Below, one piece after another: positions 7,358 through 15,317 of a stretch of 24,000 nucleotides of DNA. The translations under genes were made by a program, and so were the position numbers. Under the pieces are notes generated by a model. That model searched no databases, had not been told where the DNA came from, and saw nothing but the letters and a program-made list of their open reading frames with translations. Source of the stretch: Pseudanabaena sp. (GTDB lineage Bacteria; Cyanobacteriota; Cyanobacteriia; Pseudanabaenales; Pseudanabaenaceae); assembly GCA_041687725.1 (NCBI GenBank), contig JBDNJN010000282.1, positions 1-24,000 of the forward strand, read 5' to 3'. Each line of letters starts with the position of its first letter. Position 1 is the stretch's first letter.

Positions 7358-10351
7358 ATGAAATTCTGGAAAAAAAGTCTACTACTTCAACTTGTTTCCT
7401 ATTTCTCAGTGCTTTCTACAGTAACTGTGAATATTGTGGCTTTCTCTGCTTATGTGCGCGCTCGTGACGCACTCCAGAATTCAGTGATTGAGCGCCTAAA
7501 GGTAACAATATCTCTCAAAGAGTACCAACTAAATAGATGGGTTGAAGGGCAACGAAAGGATGTCATTCTCCTTGCTCAGTTGCCAGAAATCAGGGATGAA
7601 TTAGCCACACTTGTAACGATATCGCCAAACCAACCTGAATACTTAGCAACATATGCAAAGTTGAGCAAGTCTTTGAAAGATATAACAGACATCAAAGAAA
7701 ATTTATCCAGCATCATTGCTACAACCAATGGGGGGGTCGTTGTTTTTTCTAGTGAAAGTAATACTTTGGTCGGCAAATTTCGGACTTTAGGAGATCCGAC
7801 GACTTATTTTACTAGACAAAATGCAAATACAGTTGTGCCAAACTTCTATTTGTCAAAGTCAACTGGTAAAGCGCAAATAACTTTCGCAACTCCCATATTT
7901 GATCGCGAGCAAATAGCTATGGGTGCAATTACAGTTAATCTAGCACTTGAGGACATTGATAATCTCATTCGCGAAAGGACTGGGCTAGGTAAAACAGGCG
8001 CTACCTATTTAGTCGGTAGAGCTGGCAAAAAAAGCGTTTTCATTTCTGGCTCTAGAGAAGAAAATAAAAACAAAACAGATAGCAAAGATATTGTTGAGGT
8101 AAAAAGTGAAGCTATCGATTTAGCGCTTGCTAAGCAAGATGGGTTTGGTTTGTATAACAACTACACTGGTATACCTGTAGTTGGCGTATTTCGCTGGTCA
8201 ACAACGCAAAATCTGGCGATCTTAGCGGAGATTAATCAAGATGAAGCGTTTGAGCCTGCGAATCGATTAGCGAGAGATATTCTGTTGATTGGACTTAGTT
8301 CCGCAGGTATCTTATTAACTGCTGTTTACTTACTGGCCCGAAGAGTTACTCAACCGATTTTGGCGATCGCTGATGCTGCCAACCAAGTTGCTAGCGGTAA
8401 TCTCGATTCGCAAGCACCAGTATTAACTGAAGATGAAATTGGTGTCTTGGCGATCGCCTTTAATCAAATGACATCACAACTCAAAAATTCGGGTGAGCAG
8501 TTAGCCGATTACAGCCGCACCCTAGAGCAGAAAGTCGAACAACGCACCAGTGAAATCAAAGCGATTATCGATAACATGGTGGATGGATTGTTGGTAGTTA
8601 ATGGCGAAGATCGGATTACTCAGTTTAATCCCGCGATCGCAGGCATGATCGGAGTCAGTAATAGTGAGATTTCTACGTCTGAGAATTACTGGGAAATATT
8701 TAAAGCTGAGGAGATCGCAAATCTAGTTAAGAGTACTAGAGAAAATCCCAAACAAGTCTTTAGCGAAGAGTTTCAACTTCCCGATCGCCGTGTTGGCAAA
8801 GCGGTTGCTACTTCGATCTTTAGCGAGGTAAACACTTCAGGAGAAGCTACATTGGGAATGGATTATCTAGGCACTGTAATTCTAATTCGCGATATCACTG
8901 CTGAGAAAGAAGTTGATCGGATGAAAACAGACTTCATCTCAACTGTATCTCATGAATTGCGAACACCCCTTACTTCTGTGCTAGGGTTTGCCAAGTTGAT
9001 TCAGAAAAAGCTGGATGAATCGATCTTCCCCTTGATTCAGACCGATGATAAGAAAGTAAATCGCAGTGTGCGTCAAGTCACCGAAAATCTTGAAATTATT
9101 GTATCTGAAGGAACGCGCCTGACTAAGCTAATTAACGAGGTTCTAGATGTTGCCAAAATGGAAGCTGGTAAAATGCAATGGAATATGGAGCCGTTGGCAA
9201 TTATAGAAGTGATTGATCGGGCTTTTTCGGCAACTTCTGCACTCTTTGAGCAAAAAGAATTAGCAGTAATTCGAGAGATTGACGCAGACTTACCAAATAT
9301 CGATGGTGATAAGGATCGCCTGATTCAAGTTGTAATTAATCTGATCTCTAATGCGGTGAAATTCACCCAAGAAGGTGGTATCACTTGTCGGGTTAGGAAA
9401 GATAATCAATCGATTGTGGTCAGCATCATCGATCAAGGTGTTGGTATTTCTGAGTCCGACCAGCCAAAAGTGTTTGAGAAATTTAAACAAGTCGGCGATA
9501 CGCTCACTGATAAGCCCCAAGGAACGGGGCTAGGGTTGCCAATTTGTAAAGAAATAGTTATCCATCACGGAGGCAATATCTGGGTAGAGAGTGAAATTGG
9601 CAAGGGAAGTACTTTTTCTTTTACGCTTCCGATTAGCGCAGAAAATTCTCAGATCCCCTTAATTAATTTCGACATTCTCATCGACCAACTCAAGAAGAGG
9701 GTGACTTCAAATGATCAATCCCAATCTGAGGATGTGATTGGGTTACCCAAGAATATCCTAGTAATTGATGACGATGCGAGTATTCGGAAACTACTCAGAC
9801 AGGAACTAGAGGCTAAAGGCTATGTTGTGCGCGAAGCTGCAAATGGGAGTGAGGCGATCGCCAAAGTCCGTGAAAGTCGCCCCGATCTGATTACCCTTGA
9901 TATTATCATGAAGGGAATTAATGGCTATGATGTGGCAGCAATTCTCAAATCCGATCCTGCTACCCTAGATATTCCAATTATCATTGTCTCAATATTAGAT
10001 GACAAAGATAATGGTCTTCATTTAGGAATAGATAGTTATGTGACTAAGCCGCTAGACATGACCATATTGCAACGAGAGGTGGAAATTCTTTTGTCTAGTA
10101 AGGCTTCTACAGCCAAAAAGATTTTGGTGATTAACGATAATTTTAGTTCTATCGATCTATTAATGGAAACGTTGCAAAATCAAGGTTTCCTACCTTCCAA
10201 AATCTCTCCCCAAGATGATTTACGAGCTAGTGCGATCGCCTTTCAGCCTGATGTGATTATTGCTAGTACAAAATTTGCTCAAAAAGTACAATCTCTCCGT
10301 GCTGAGCCAAGTATGGAACATATTCGCTTTTTATTAATTGCCGACCAATAG
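7358..10351 (+). CDS. Hybrid sensor histidine kinase: TM, Cache-like periplasmic domain, TM, HAMP, PAS, HisKA, HATPase_c, receiver, pseudo-receiver
   Basis: The ATG at 7358 has GAGG 7 nt upstream; the ORF track starts at a TTG at 7307. The first TM is LLLQLVSYFSVLSTVTVNIVAF and the second is ILLIGLSSAGILLTAVYLLA. HAMP contains DEIGVLAIAFNQM. The H-box is SHELRTPL, with the His codon at 8951-8953. The N and G boxes are NLISNAVKF and GTGLGLPICK. The receiver shows VIDDDA...ITLDIIM...VTKP. A final REC-like fold lacks the acceptor Asp. Confidence 0.9.
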   Translation: MKFWKKSLLLQLVSYFSVLSTVTVNIVAFSAYVRARDALQNSVIERLKVTISLKEYQLNRWVEGQRKDVILLAQLPEIRDELATLVTISPNQPEYLATYAKLSKSLKDITDIKENLSSIIATTNGGVVVFSSESNTLVGKFRTLGDPTTYFTRQNANTVVPNFYLSKSTGKAQITFATPIFDREQIAMGAITVNLALEDIDNLIRERTGLGKTGATYLVGRAGKKSVFISGSREENKNKTDSKDIVEVKSEAIDLALAKQDGFGLYNNYTGIPVVGVFRWSTTQNLAILAEINQDEAFEPANRLARDILLIGLSSAGILLTAVYLLARRVTQPILAIADAANQVASGNLDSQAPVLTEDEIGVLAIAFNQMTSQLKNSGEQLADYSRTLEQKVEQRTSEIKAIIDNMVDGLLVVNGEDRITQFNPAIAGMIGVSNSEISTSENYWEIFKAEEIANLVKSTRENPKQVFSEEFQLPDRRVGKAVATSIFSEVNTSGEATLGMDYLGTVILIRDITAEKEVDRMKTDFISTVSHELRTPLTSVLGFAKLIQKKLDESIFPLIQTDDKKVNRSVRQVTENLEIIVSEGTRLTKLINEVLDVAKMEAGKMQWNMEPLAIIEVIDRAFSATSALFEQKELAVIREIDADLPNIDGDKDRLIQVVINLISNAVKFTQEGGITCRVRKDNQSIVVSIIDQGVGISESDQPKVFEKFKQVGDTLTDKPQGTGLGLPICKEIVIHHGGNIWVESEIGKGSTFSFTLPISAENSQIPLINFDILIDQLKKRVTSNDQSQSEDVIGLPKNILVIDDDASIRKLLRQELEAKGYVVREAANGSEAIAKVRESRPDLITLDIIMKGINGYDVAAILKSDPATLDIPIIIVSILDDKDNGLHLGIDSYVTKPLDMTILQREVEILLSSKASTAKKILVINDNFSSIDLLMETLQNQGFLPSKISPQDDLRASAIAFQPDVIIASTKFAQKVQSLRAEPSMEHIRFLLIADQ

Positions 10352-10355
10352 AAAC

Positions 10356-10385
10356 AAAAAAAGGGGTGCGAAGCACCCTTTTTTT
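10356..10385. terminator. Bidirectional rho-independent terminator between the convergent kinase and purH genes
   Basis: The sequence is AAAAAAA-GGGGTGC-GAA-GCACCC-TTTTTTT. It has a GC stem, a GAA loop, an A run on one side and a T run on the other. Confidence 0.7.
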
Positions 10386-10394
10386 GTGGACTTT

Positions 10395-11954
10395 TTAATG
10401 CAAGAAATGTCGCACGCCTGTGAATATCATAATCAAGCCAAGCTCATCCGCCGCCGCGATCGAATCAGCATCGCGCATACTTCCCCCCGGTTGGACGATC
10501 GCCACAATCCCTGCGGCTGCGGCAGTACGCACAGAGTCATCAAAGGGGAAAAATCCATCACTAGCAAGGAAAGCTCCCTGTATTTTTTCGCCAGCTTGTT
10601 CTATGGCAATTTTAGCTGAACCGATGCGATTGGTTTGACCTGCGCCAATTCCGATGGTGGTAAGGGCTTTGGTAATCGCGATCGCATTAGATTTAACATG
10701 ACGGCTAATTTTCCAAGCAAAAATCAATTCCTGTAACTGCTCAGGCGTGGGTTGTTTTTCTGTAACTACTTTCCATGTCTCAGGGTTTACCGTCTCATCA
10801 TCAGAGCGCTGGACTAGCATTCCACCCGCGATCGTCTTCACGGTTTCAGAAGAACCATGTTTGAAATTAGATAGAACTAGCACCCGTAAGTTTTGTTTTT
10901 TGCTAAGAATTGCCGCCACACTTGGGACACAGGCAGGAGCAACGACACATTCTAAAAATGTTTTATTTAAAAGTTGGGCAGTTTCTGCGTCAATCGGGCG
11001 ATTGAGCGCGACGATGCCACCAAAGGCGGAAGTGGAATCTGCTTCAAAGGCTTTTTGATAAGCTTCGGCAATGGTCGAGGCGATCGCCACACCACAGGGA
11101 TTGTTATGCTTGATGATCACGGCACAGGGGCGGTCGTCGCTAAATTCGGTGATAATGCTCCGCGCTGCTTCGAGATCCAACAAGTTATTAAAACTGAGTT
11201 CCTTCCCTTGCAGTTGTTGCGCGGATGACCATCCTTTGGGCGTTGCCCCAACTTGGTACCATGTGGCGGGTTGATGAGGATTTTCGCCATAGCGGAGAGG
11301 CTTAGGATTGTTGCATAGCAATGTATAGGAAGAAGCGAGTGTATTTAATAAATCTGGTTCTGCTTTCTGCTCATTTTCCAGATAGTCTGCGATCGCTTTG
11401 TCGTAAGACTGTGTATGTTGAAAAGCGGCGATCGCTAGCTTTTTGCGAAATTCTAAGGTCGTTTCGCCATTGTTCGCTTTCAGTTCTGCCAGAAATTCTG
11501 GATATTGGCTAGGGCTAGATAACACGGCGACATGGGTATAGTTTTTCGCAGAAGCACGAATCATCGTGGGGCCACCGACATCGATGTTTTCGATCGCATC
11601 TTCGAGCTTCACATTTGGCTTGGCGATCGTTTCTGCAAATGGATAGAGATTAACCACGACAATCCGAATTGGCTGAATTTGATGATCAGCTAAATCTTGC
11701 TGATGTTCAGGTAATTCAAGTCTTGCCAAAATGCCGCCATGAATGCGCGGATGCAAAGTTTTCACTCGTCCGCCCAAAATTTCAGGTGCGCCTGTATAGT
11801 CAGAAACCTTGGTAACTTCAAGCTCGGCCGCCTTGAGTGCCTTGGCAGTCCCACCGCTACTGATTAGCTGAAAGTTATAGGTGGTCGATAGTTCGCGGGC
11901 AAGGTCGAGTAGTCCTGTTTTGTCAGAGACACTCAAAAGGGCAAGGGGTTTCAT
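10395..11954 (-). CDS. purH: Bifunctional AICAR transformylase / IMP cyclohydrolase
   Basis: The protein shows full-length PurH-type sequence. This includes the N-terminal MGS-like ALLSVSDKTGL...KTLHPRIHGGIL and the C-terminal AICARFT region ending GVRHFLH. The start is placed at the second ATG (11952-11954), which has GGAG 8 nt upstream. An alternative ATG lies at 11964-11966. Confidence 0.95.
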   Translation of the reverse strand: MKPLALLSVSDKTGLLDLARELSTTYNFQLISSGGTAKALKAAELEVTKVSDYTGAPEILGGRVKTLHPRIHGGILARLELPEHQQDLADHQIQPIRIVVVNLYPFAETIAKPNVKLEDAIENIDVGGPTMIRASAKNYTHVAVLSSPSQYPEFLAELKANNGETTLEFRKKLAIAAFQHTQSYDKAIADYLENEQKAEPDLLNTLASSYTLLCNNPKPLRYGENPHQPATWYQVGATPKGWSSAQQLQGKELSFNNLLDLEAARSIITEFSDDRPCAVIIKHNNPCGVAIASTIAEAYQKAFEADSTSAFGGIVALNRPIDAETAQLLNKTFLECVVAPACVPSVAAILSKKQNLRVLVLSNFKHGSSETVKTIAGGMLVQRSDDETVNPETWKVVTEKQPTPEQLQELIFAWKISRHVKSNAIAITKALTTIGIGAGQTNRIGSAKIAIEQAGEKIQGAFLASDGFFPFDDSVRTAAAAGIVAIVQPGGSMRDADSIAAADELGLIMIFTGVRHFLH

Positions 11955-12024
11955 ATTTAGCTCCATATTCGTTATGGGAAGTTGTCATCGTCAAGCGTTG
12001 CAAACTTCCTACAGTATTTTATCG

Positions 12025-12067
12025 CATGAGAGCAAAAGAGGTGCGAAGCGCCTCTTTTGCTCTCATG
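12025..12067 (-). terminator. Long hairpin terminator overlapping the stop codon of the GST-like gene
   Basis: CATGAGAGCAAAAGAGG pairs perfectly with CCTCTTTTGCTCTCATG over 17 bp. The inner element is TGC-GAA-GCG. Confidence 0.55.
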
Positions 12068-12734
12068 AAGTAATCACGATCGCTTCTTGCTCTGGTATCC
12101 ATACAGGAAACTTTTGCATCGCAAACTCAAACATCGCGCTAGTTTCATGCCATTTTAGCCATTGCTGTAACTTTAGATAGGGACTTGAATTAAACCAGTC
12201 GATATTTACATAAGCTAGCTGTCTCACGAAGGGGAAAATTGCTATATCCGCTAAGGTTTGCCGATCGCAAATTAAAAAATTATTTGACTGAAGTTGAACT
12301 TCCAAAACTTGAAGAAACTCTTCCGCTTGTTGACGATAAAATTCTTGCGGTTTTTCAGGGAATCGGTTTGGATATTTGTAGCGATCAAGAGCTTGCTTAA
12401 ATTCGCGATCGTTTGTATTGATAAGCTGTTTAGCGATCGCCACAGATTCATCTGATAAATCTTCCCAATTAAGCGGATCGTTTTGTTGAATTGCCCAATT
12501 CATAATATCGAGACTTTCTTCTAAAACAATAAAATCGCGCTCGACAGTCCCAGAATCAAATATCTGGATCACAGGCGTTGTTCCTTTTGGTGAAATATCT
12601 AGCATTTCTCTAGGCTTATTTTTTAAAGAAACTTCTCTCAGTTCATAACTAATACCAGCATAATTAAGAGCCATTCTTGCCCGAATCGCATAGGGACAAC
12701 GCCTAAAAGAATAAAGAATTGGGTGGATAATCAT
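12063..12734 (-). CDS. Glutathione S-transferase family protein
   Basis: The thioredoxin-like N-terminal domain reads ILYSFRRCPYAIRARMAL...TTPVI, followed by a helical C-terminal domain. The start is placed at the internal ATG (MIIHPILYS, 12732-12734). This removes the 50-nt overlap with the upstream gene that the longest ORF (to 12791) would create. Confidence 0.75.
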   Translation of the reverse strand: MIIHPILYSFRRCPYAIRARMALNYAGISYELREVSLKNKPREMLDISPKGTTPVIQIFDSGTVERDFIVLEESLDIMNWAIQQNDPLNWEDLSDESVAIAKQLINTNDREFKQALDRYKYPNRFPEKPQEFYRQQAEEFLQVLEVQLQSNNFLICDRQTLADIAIFPFVRQLAYVNIDWFNSSPYLKLQQWLKWHETSAMFEFAMQKFPVWIPEQEAIVITS

Positions 12735-12741
12735 TAATATA

Positions 12742-13422
12742 TCAAGAGTAGCATTTTGTAATTCTGATTGCACCGCGTAGTTGGCTGGCATACCATTGCG
12801 AAACCTTGTCTAGTTCGGCGATCGCACTCATAATTTCACCAACAATTACACTAACAGCGATTCCATTATGTCCATGTTCTTTACCAGAACTATGGATATA
12901 TTCGCCATTGCCAACATAAATACCAACATGAGTCGCTTTGGTCGGATTGCCAAAAAAGATTAAATCACCAATTTGGATTTCTTCTAAAGTTACTGGCTCG
13001 CCAAATGCCTCTTGTTGATAAGCATCGCGAGGAATCAAAATCCCCACCGAAGCAAAAGCGGCTTGCATCAATCCCGAACAATCATAATTTGGCGCAACCG
13101 TACCTCCCCACAAATATTCATTTGGAGTTGCCATTGCTTGTTGAATAAATGTAATTACTGCGGGTATGCGATCGCCTATTTCCGCAACACTTAAAGCAGG
13201 TGGCAAATTAGCAATATAACTTTGGTGATCGCTGAGTTCTAACTTCTCGAAATCTTGGCGATCAAGCAACCCTGAATAGTCATCTTCGAGTAATTGAATT
13301 TTAAAAAAATTTGGCTCAGATTCTAACACCTGCAAATATCTCCCTTTTGCCATCTGCGTCGCTAAGCGATCAAGTTGCGGTGAATCGAAAATATTAATAT
13401 CAGCCAAATTACGATAGATCAT
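12742..13422 (-). CDS. NlpC/P60 (C40) family cell-wall peptidase with an N-terminal SH3b-like domain
   Basis: The catalytic Cys motif is YLWGGTVAPNYDCSGLMQAAF. The His motif is THVGIYVGNGEYIHSS. Confidence 0.85.
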   Translation of the reverse strand: MIYRNLADINIFDSPQLDRLATQMAKGRYLQVLESEPNFFKIQLLEDDYSGLLDRQDFEKLELSDHQSYIANLPPALSVAEIGDRIPAVITFIQQAMATPNEYLWGGTVAPNYDCSGLMQAAFASVGILIPRDAYQQEAFGEPVTLEEIQIGDLIFFGNPTKATHVGIYVGNGEYIHSSGKEHGHNGIAVSVIVGEIMSAIAELDKVSQWYASQLRGAIRITKCYS

Positions 13423-13440
13423 ATAGCAATCCTATAAATG

Positions 13441-13480
13441 AGTTGTGAAAGTGCGCCCCTAAGGGCGCACTTTCACAACT
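13441..13480 (-). terminator. Perfect 18-bp hairpin downstream of the amidohydrolase gene
   Basis: AGTTGTGAAAGTGCGCCC pairs with GGGCGCACTTTCACAACT across a CTAA loop. It lies 6 nt after the stop codon at 13487-13489. Confidence 0.6.
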
Positions 13481-13486
13481 ATCCAA

Positions 13487-14560
13487 TTATGACAAGCGAG
13501 AAATCACGGCAACGGGACCGCCACCACAGGGTCCTTGATGCTCACTTCCGCCTGACACATAGACCATAGGATCTTGGATAACCGAAGCGACTACAGCGCC
13601 AACTACTGCTCTTGCCATACGTGTGTGGTTAATATCAGAGTCATCCATCATCGTATTTCTCCTACCTAATATTTCTCCTTTCGGATTTGCTTCAGCCTTA
13701 GCGAATATATTTACCACGCGCTCAAGGGGTTGTCCTGTTGCGGCGATCGCTTGATGGATCGCCTTAACATCAAGGGCATGTTGCATCACGCTATGAGCGA
13801 TTACAAAATTGCTCGTTGATTGCGGGGAATTTCCCATAACCAAGATTTCGCAATTACGAAGCTCTACCCCTGCTGAGGTTGAAGCAATGCTTGAATACAA
13901 TGCGTAGTTCTGACAAATATCTTCGGTTGTAAGTTCCTCTAGATTCACTTCACCTAGTGCCACAGCTACTCCCAATGCTGAAGCGCCCCGCGAATAGCCC
14001 ATCGATTGATAGCTACTCGCTGAGATAGATTTACTAACCACACCTTTTTCATCGGTCATCAACTGGCGATCGCGGCTAGTAATCAAAGGACATTTTATTT
14101 GCACAAAATGTACATCAGCCTTGGCAAGCCCTGCTTGCTGAATTGCTTTATTAATTGCTACGGCGACTTCCTTAACCATAGTTAATGAGCCAACCTCATC
14201 TGGGCTGAAATCACGAGTATGGATCACACCCAAGGTTAAACCCATCTGTTTTGGCTGGTCAGATTGAGATTCTTCGCTTGTAAAGATCGTTAAATGTGGA
14301 CTTAAAACTCCCTCCGTCCCGCCAGACATCACATAGACGATCGCATCTGATTGTCCGCGCCCAATGATTTCCTTTAGATAATTCTTTAAACTCTGAACCG
14401 CAAAACCTCGTGTGAAATCATTCACGCAACCATTACCTTCAGTTTTCCCCATAATTGCCACAATTTTATGAGGGGAAATCTTACCAGTTGCGATCGCCAT
14501 ATCTAAGGCGGACAGATCATCAGGACTATTTTGAGGCAATTTATAGACTTCAACCCTCAT
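13487..14560 (-). CDS. Ring-opening amidohydrolase of the cyanuric acid hydrolase / barbiturase (AtzD/TrzD) family
   Basis: The 357-aa ORF has the family-typical N-terminus MGKTEGNGCVNDFTRGF. Three Lys/Ser pairs recur about 110-140 aa apart: K39/S79 (VMSGGTEG), K156 (VQIKCPLIT) with S226-229 (ASTSAGVE), and K288 (FAKAEA) with S336 (YVSGGSEHQGP). Confidence 0.8.
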   Translation of the reverse strand: MRVEVYKLPQNSPDDLSALDMAIATGKISPHKIVAIMGKTEGNGCVNDFTRGFAVQSLKNYLKEIIGRGQSDAIVYVMSGGTEGVLSPHLTIFTSEESQSDQPKQMGLTLGVIHTRDFSPDEVGSLTMVKEVAVAINKAIQQAGLAKADVHFVQIKCPLITSRDRQLMTDEKGVVSKSISASSYQSMGYSRGASALGVAVALGEVNLEELTTEDICQNYALYSSIASTSAGVELRNCEILVMGNSPQSTSNFVIAHSVMQHALDVKAIHQAIAATGQPLERVVNIFAKAEANPKGEILGRRNTMMDDSDINHTRMARAVVGAVVASVIQDPMVYVSGGSEHQGPCGGGPVAVISRLS

Positions 14561-14680
14561 ATATCTATATTCTCTCTAGCAATTTTCTATTTAGTACGAA
14601 GTACGGGTTGCATTATCATACTTTGCTGCTAGTATGTGTGCATCAAATTTGAAAACCTTTAGAGTGAGCTAGCAATAGCC

Positions 14681-15307
14681 GTGACCGTGCAGCTTCCCCC
14701 CCTTCCCGAAATTCATCACCCTAAAATTCAGGCGCTTTTCCAGAAGAGCGATCGCGAACTCGTGACGCTATTTCAAAGACATCCTGAAGAGGGTCAATTT
14801 TTTGCCGCAATTTTTTGTCGCTATGGACAAGTGCTATATACCCTGATTAGCACGGCTACGCGATCGCCAGTGCAATCAGATTATTTATTCGTGAAAACGT
14901 GGGAATATATCTACCACGAAATGCGAGTGCTAGACTTGCGAGCGACCAAGCCGCATCTATCCTTGCAAAGCTGGCTAATTAATATTGCCGCAATGATGAT
15001 CAATCGTGCCGAAGTGCCACCCGTTGAAGATATTCAATATTCACTCAAAGATACACCGCCCGTATTTTGGTGCTACCTTAATCAAGCCCTGAATCAAATG
15101 GCGGGTAACCTACGTCTGATACTATTGTTGTCTCAAACTTTTCAGTGGAGTCATACGCGCATCGCTGCTTATTTACATGCAGAAGGCGAAAACATCTCTG
15201 CTAGTGATGTTAAGCAACTTCTAGTCAAGGCTTATCACGCCCTAGAAGCAGCCCTTCCCGAAGATATTCGAGACATTTACCTAGCTCAACCCGCCGTTAC
15301 TGCCTGA
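14681..15307 (+). CDS. Divergent ECF-type sigma-70 family protein
   Basis: It has a GTG start. The region-2-like part reads DYLFVKTWEYIYHEM...LQSWLINIAAMMINR. The region-4 HTH-like part reads LILLLSQTFQWSHTRIAAYLHAEGENISASDVKQLLVKAYHALEAAL. The call is weak because it rests on motif reading alone. Confidence 0.5.
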   Translation: MTVQLPPLPEIHHPKIQALFQKSDRELVTLFQRHPEEGQFFAAIFCRYGQVLYTLISTATRSPVQSDYLFVKTWEYIYHEMRVLDLRATKPHLSLQSWLINIAAMMINRAEVPPVEDIQYSLKDTPPVFWCYLNQALNQMAGNLRLILLLSQTFQWSHTRIAAYLHAEGENISASDVKQLLVKAYHALEAALPEDIRDIYLAQPAVTA

Positions 15308-15317
15308 GGTAAAGATT

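Noticed and set aside
10338-11512. Plus-strand ORFs of 63-103 aa (10338..10619, 10420..10638, 10747..11058, 10974..11228, 11071..11274, 11321..11512).
   Set aside because: All are antisense to purH, which is unambiguous over its full length.
12742-12791. An apparent 50-nt overlap between the NlpC/P60 and GST-like ORFs.
   Set aside because: The overlap disappears if the GST-like gene starts at the internal ATG (12732-12734), just before the conserved thioredoxin-like fold. This leaves a 7-nt gap, so no real overlap is needed.
14455-14652. A 65-aa plus-strand ORF in the amidohydrolase/sigma divergent region.
   Set aside because: It overlaps the 5' end of the amidohydrolase gene in antisense and has no motifs. 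The region is better explained as a divergent promoter.
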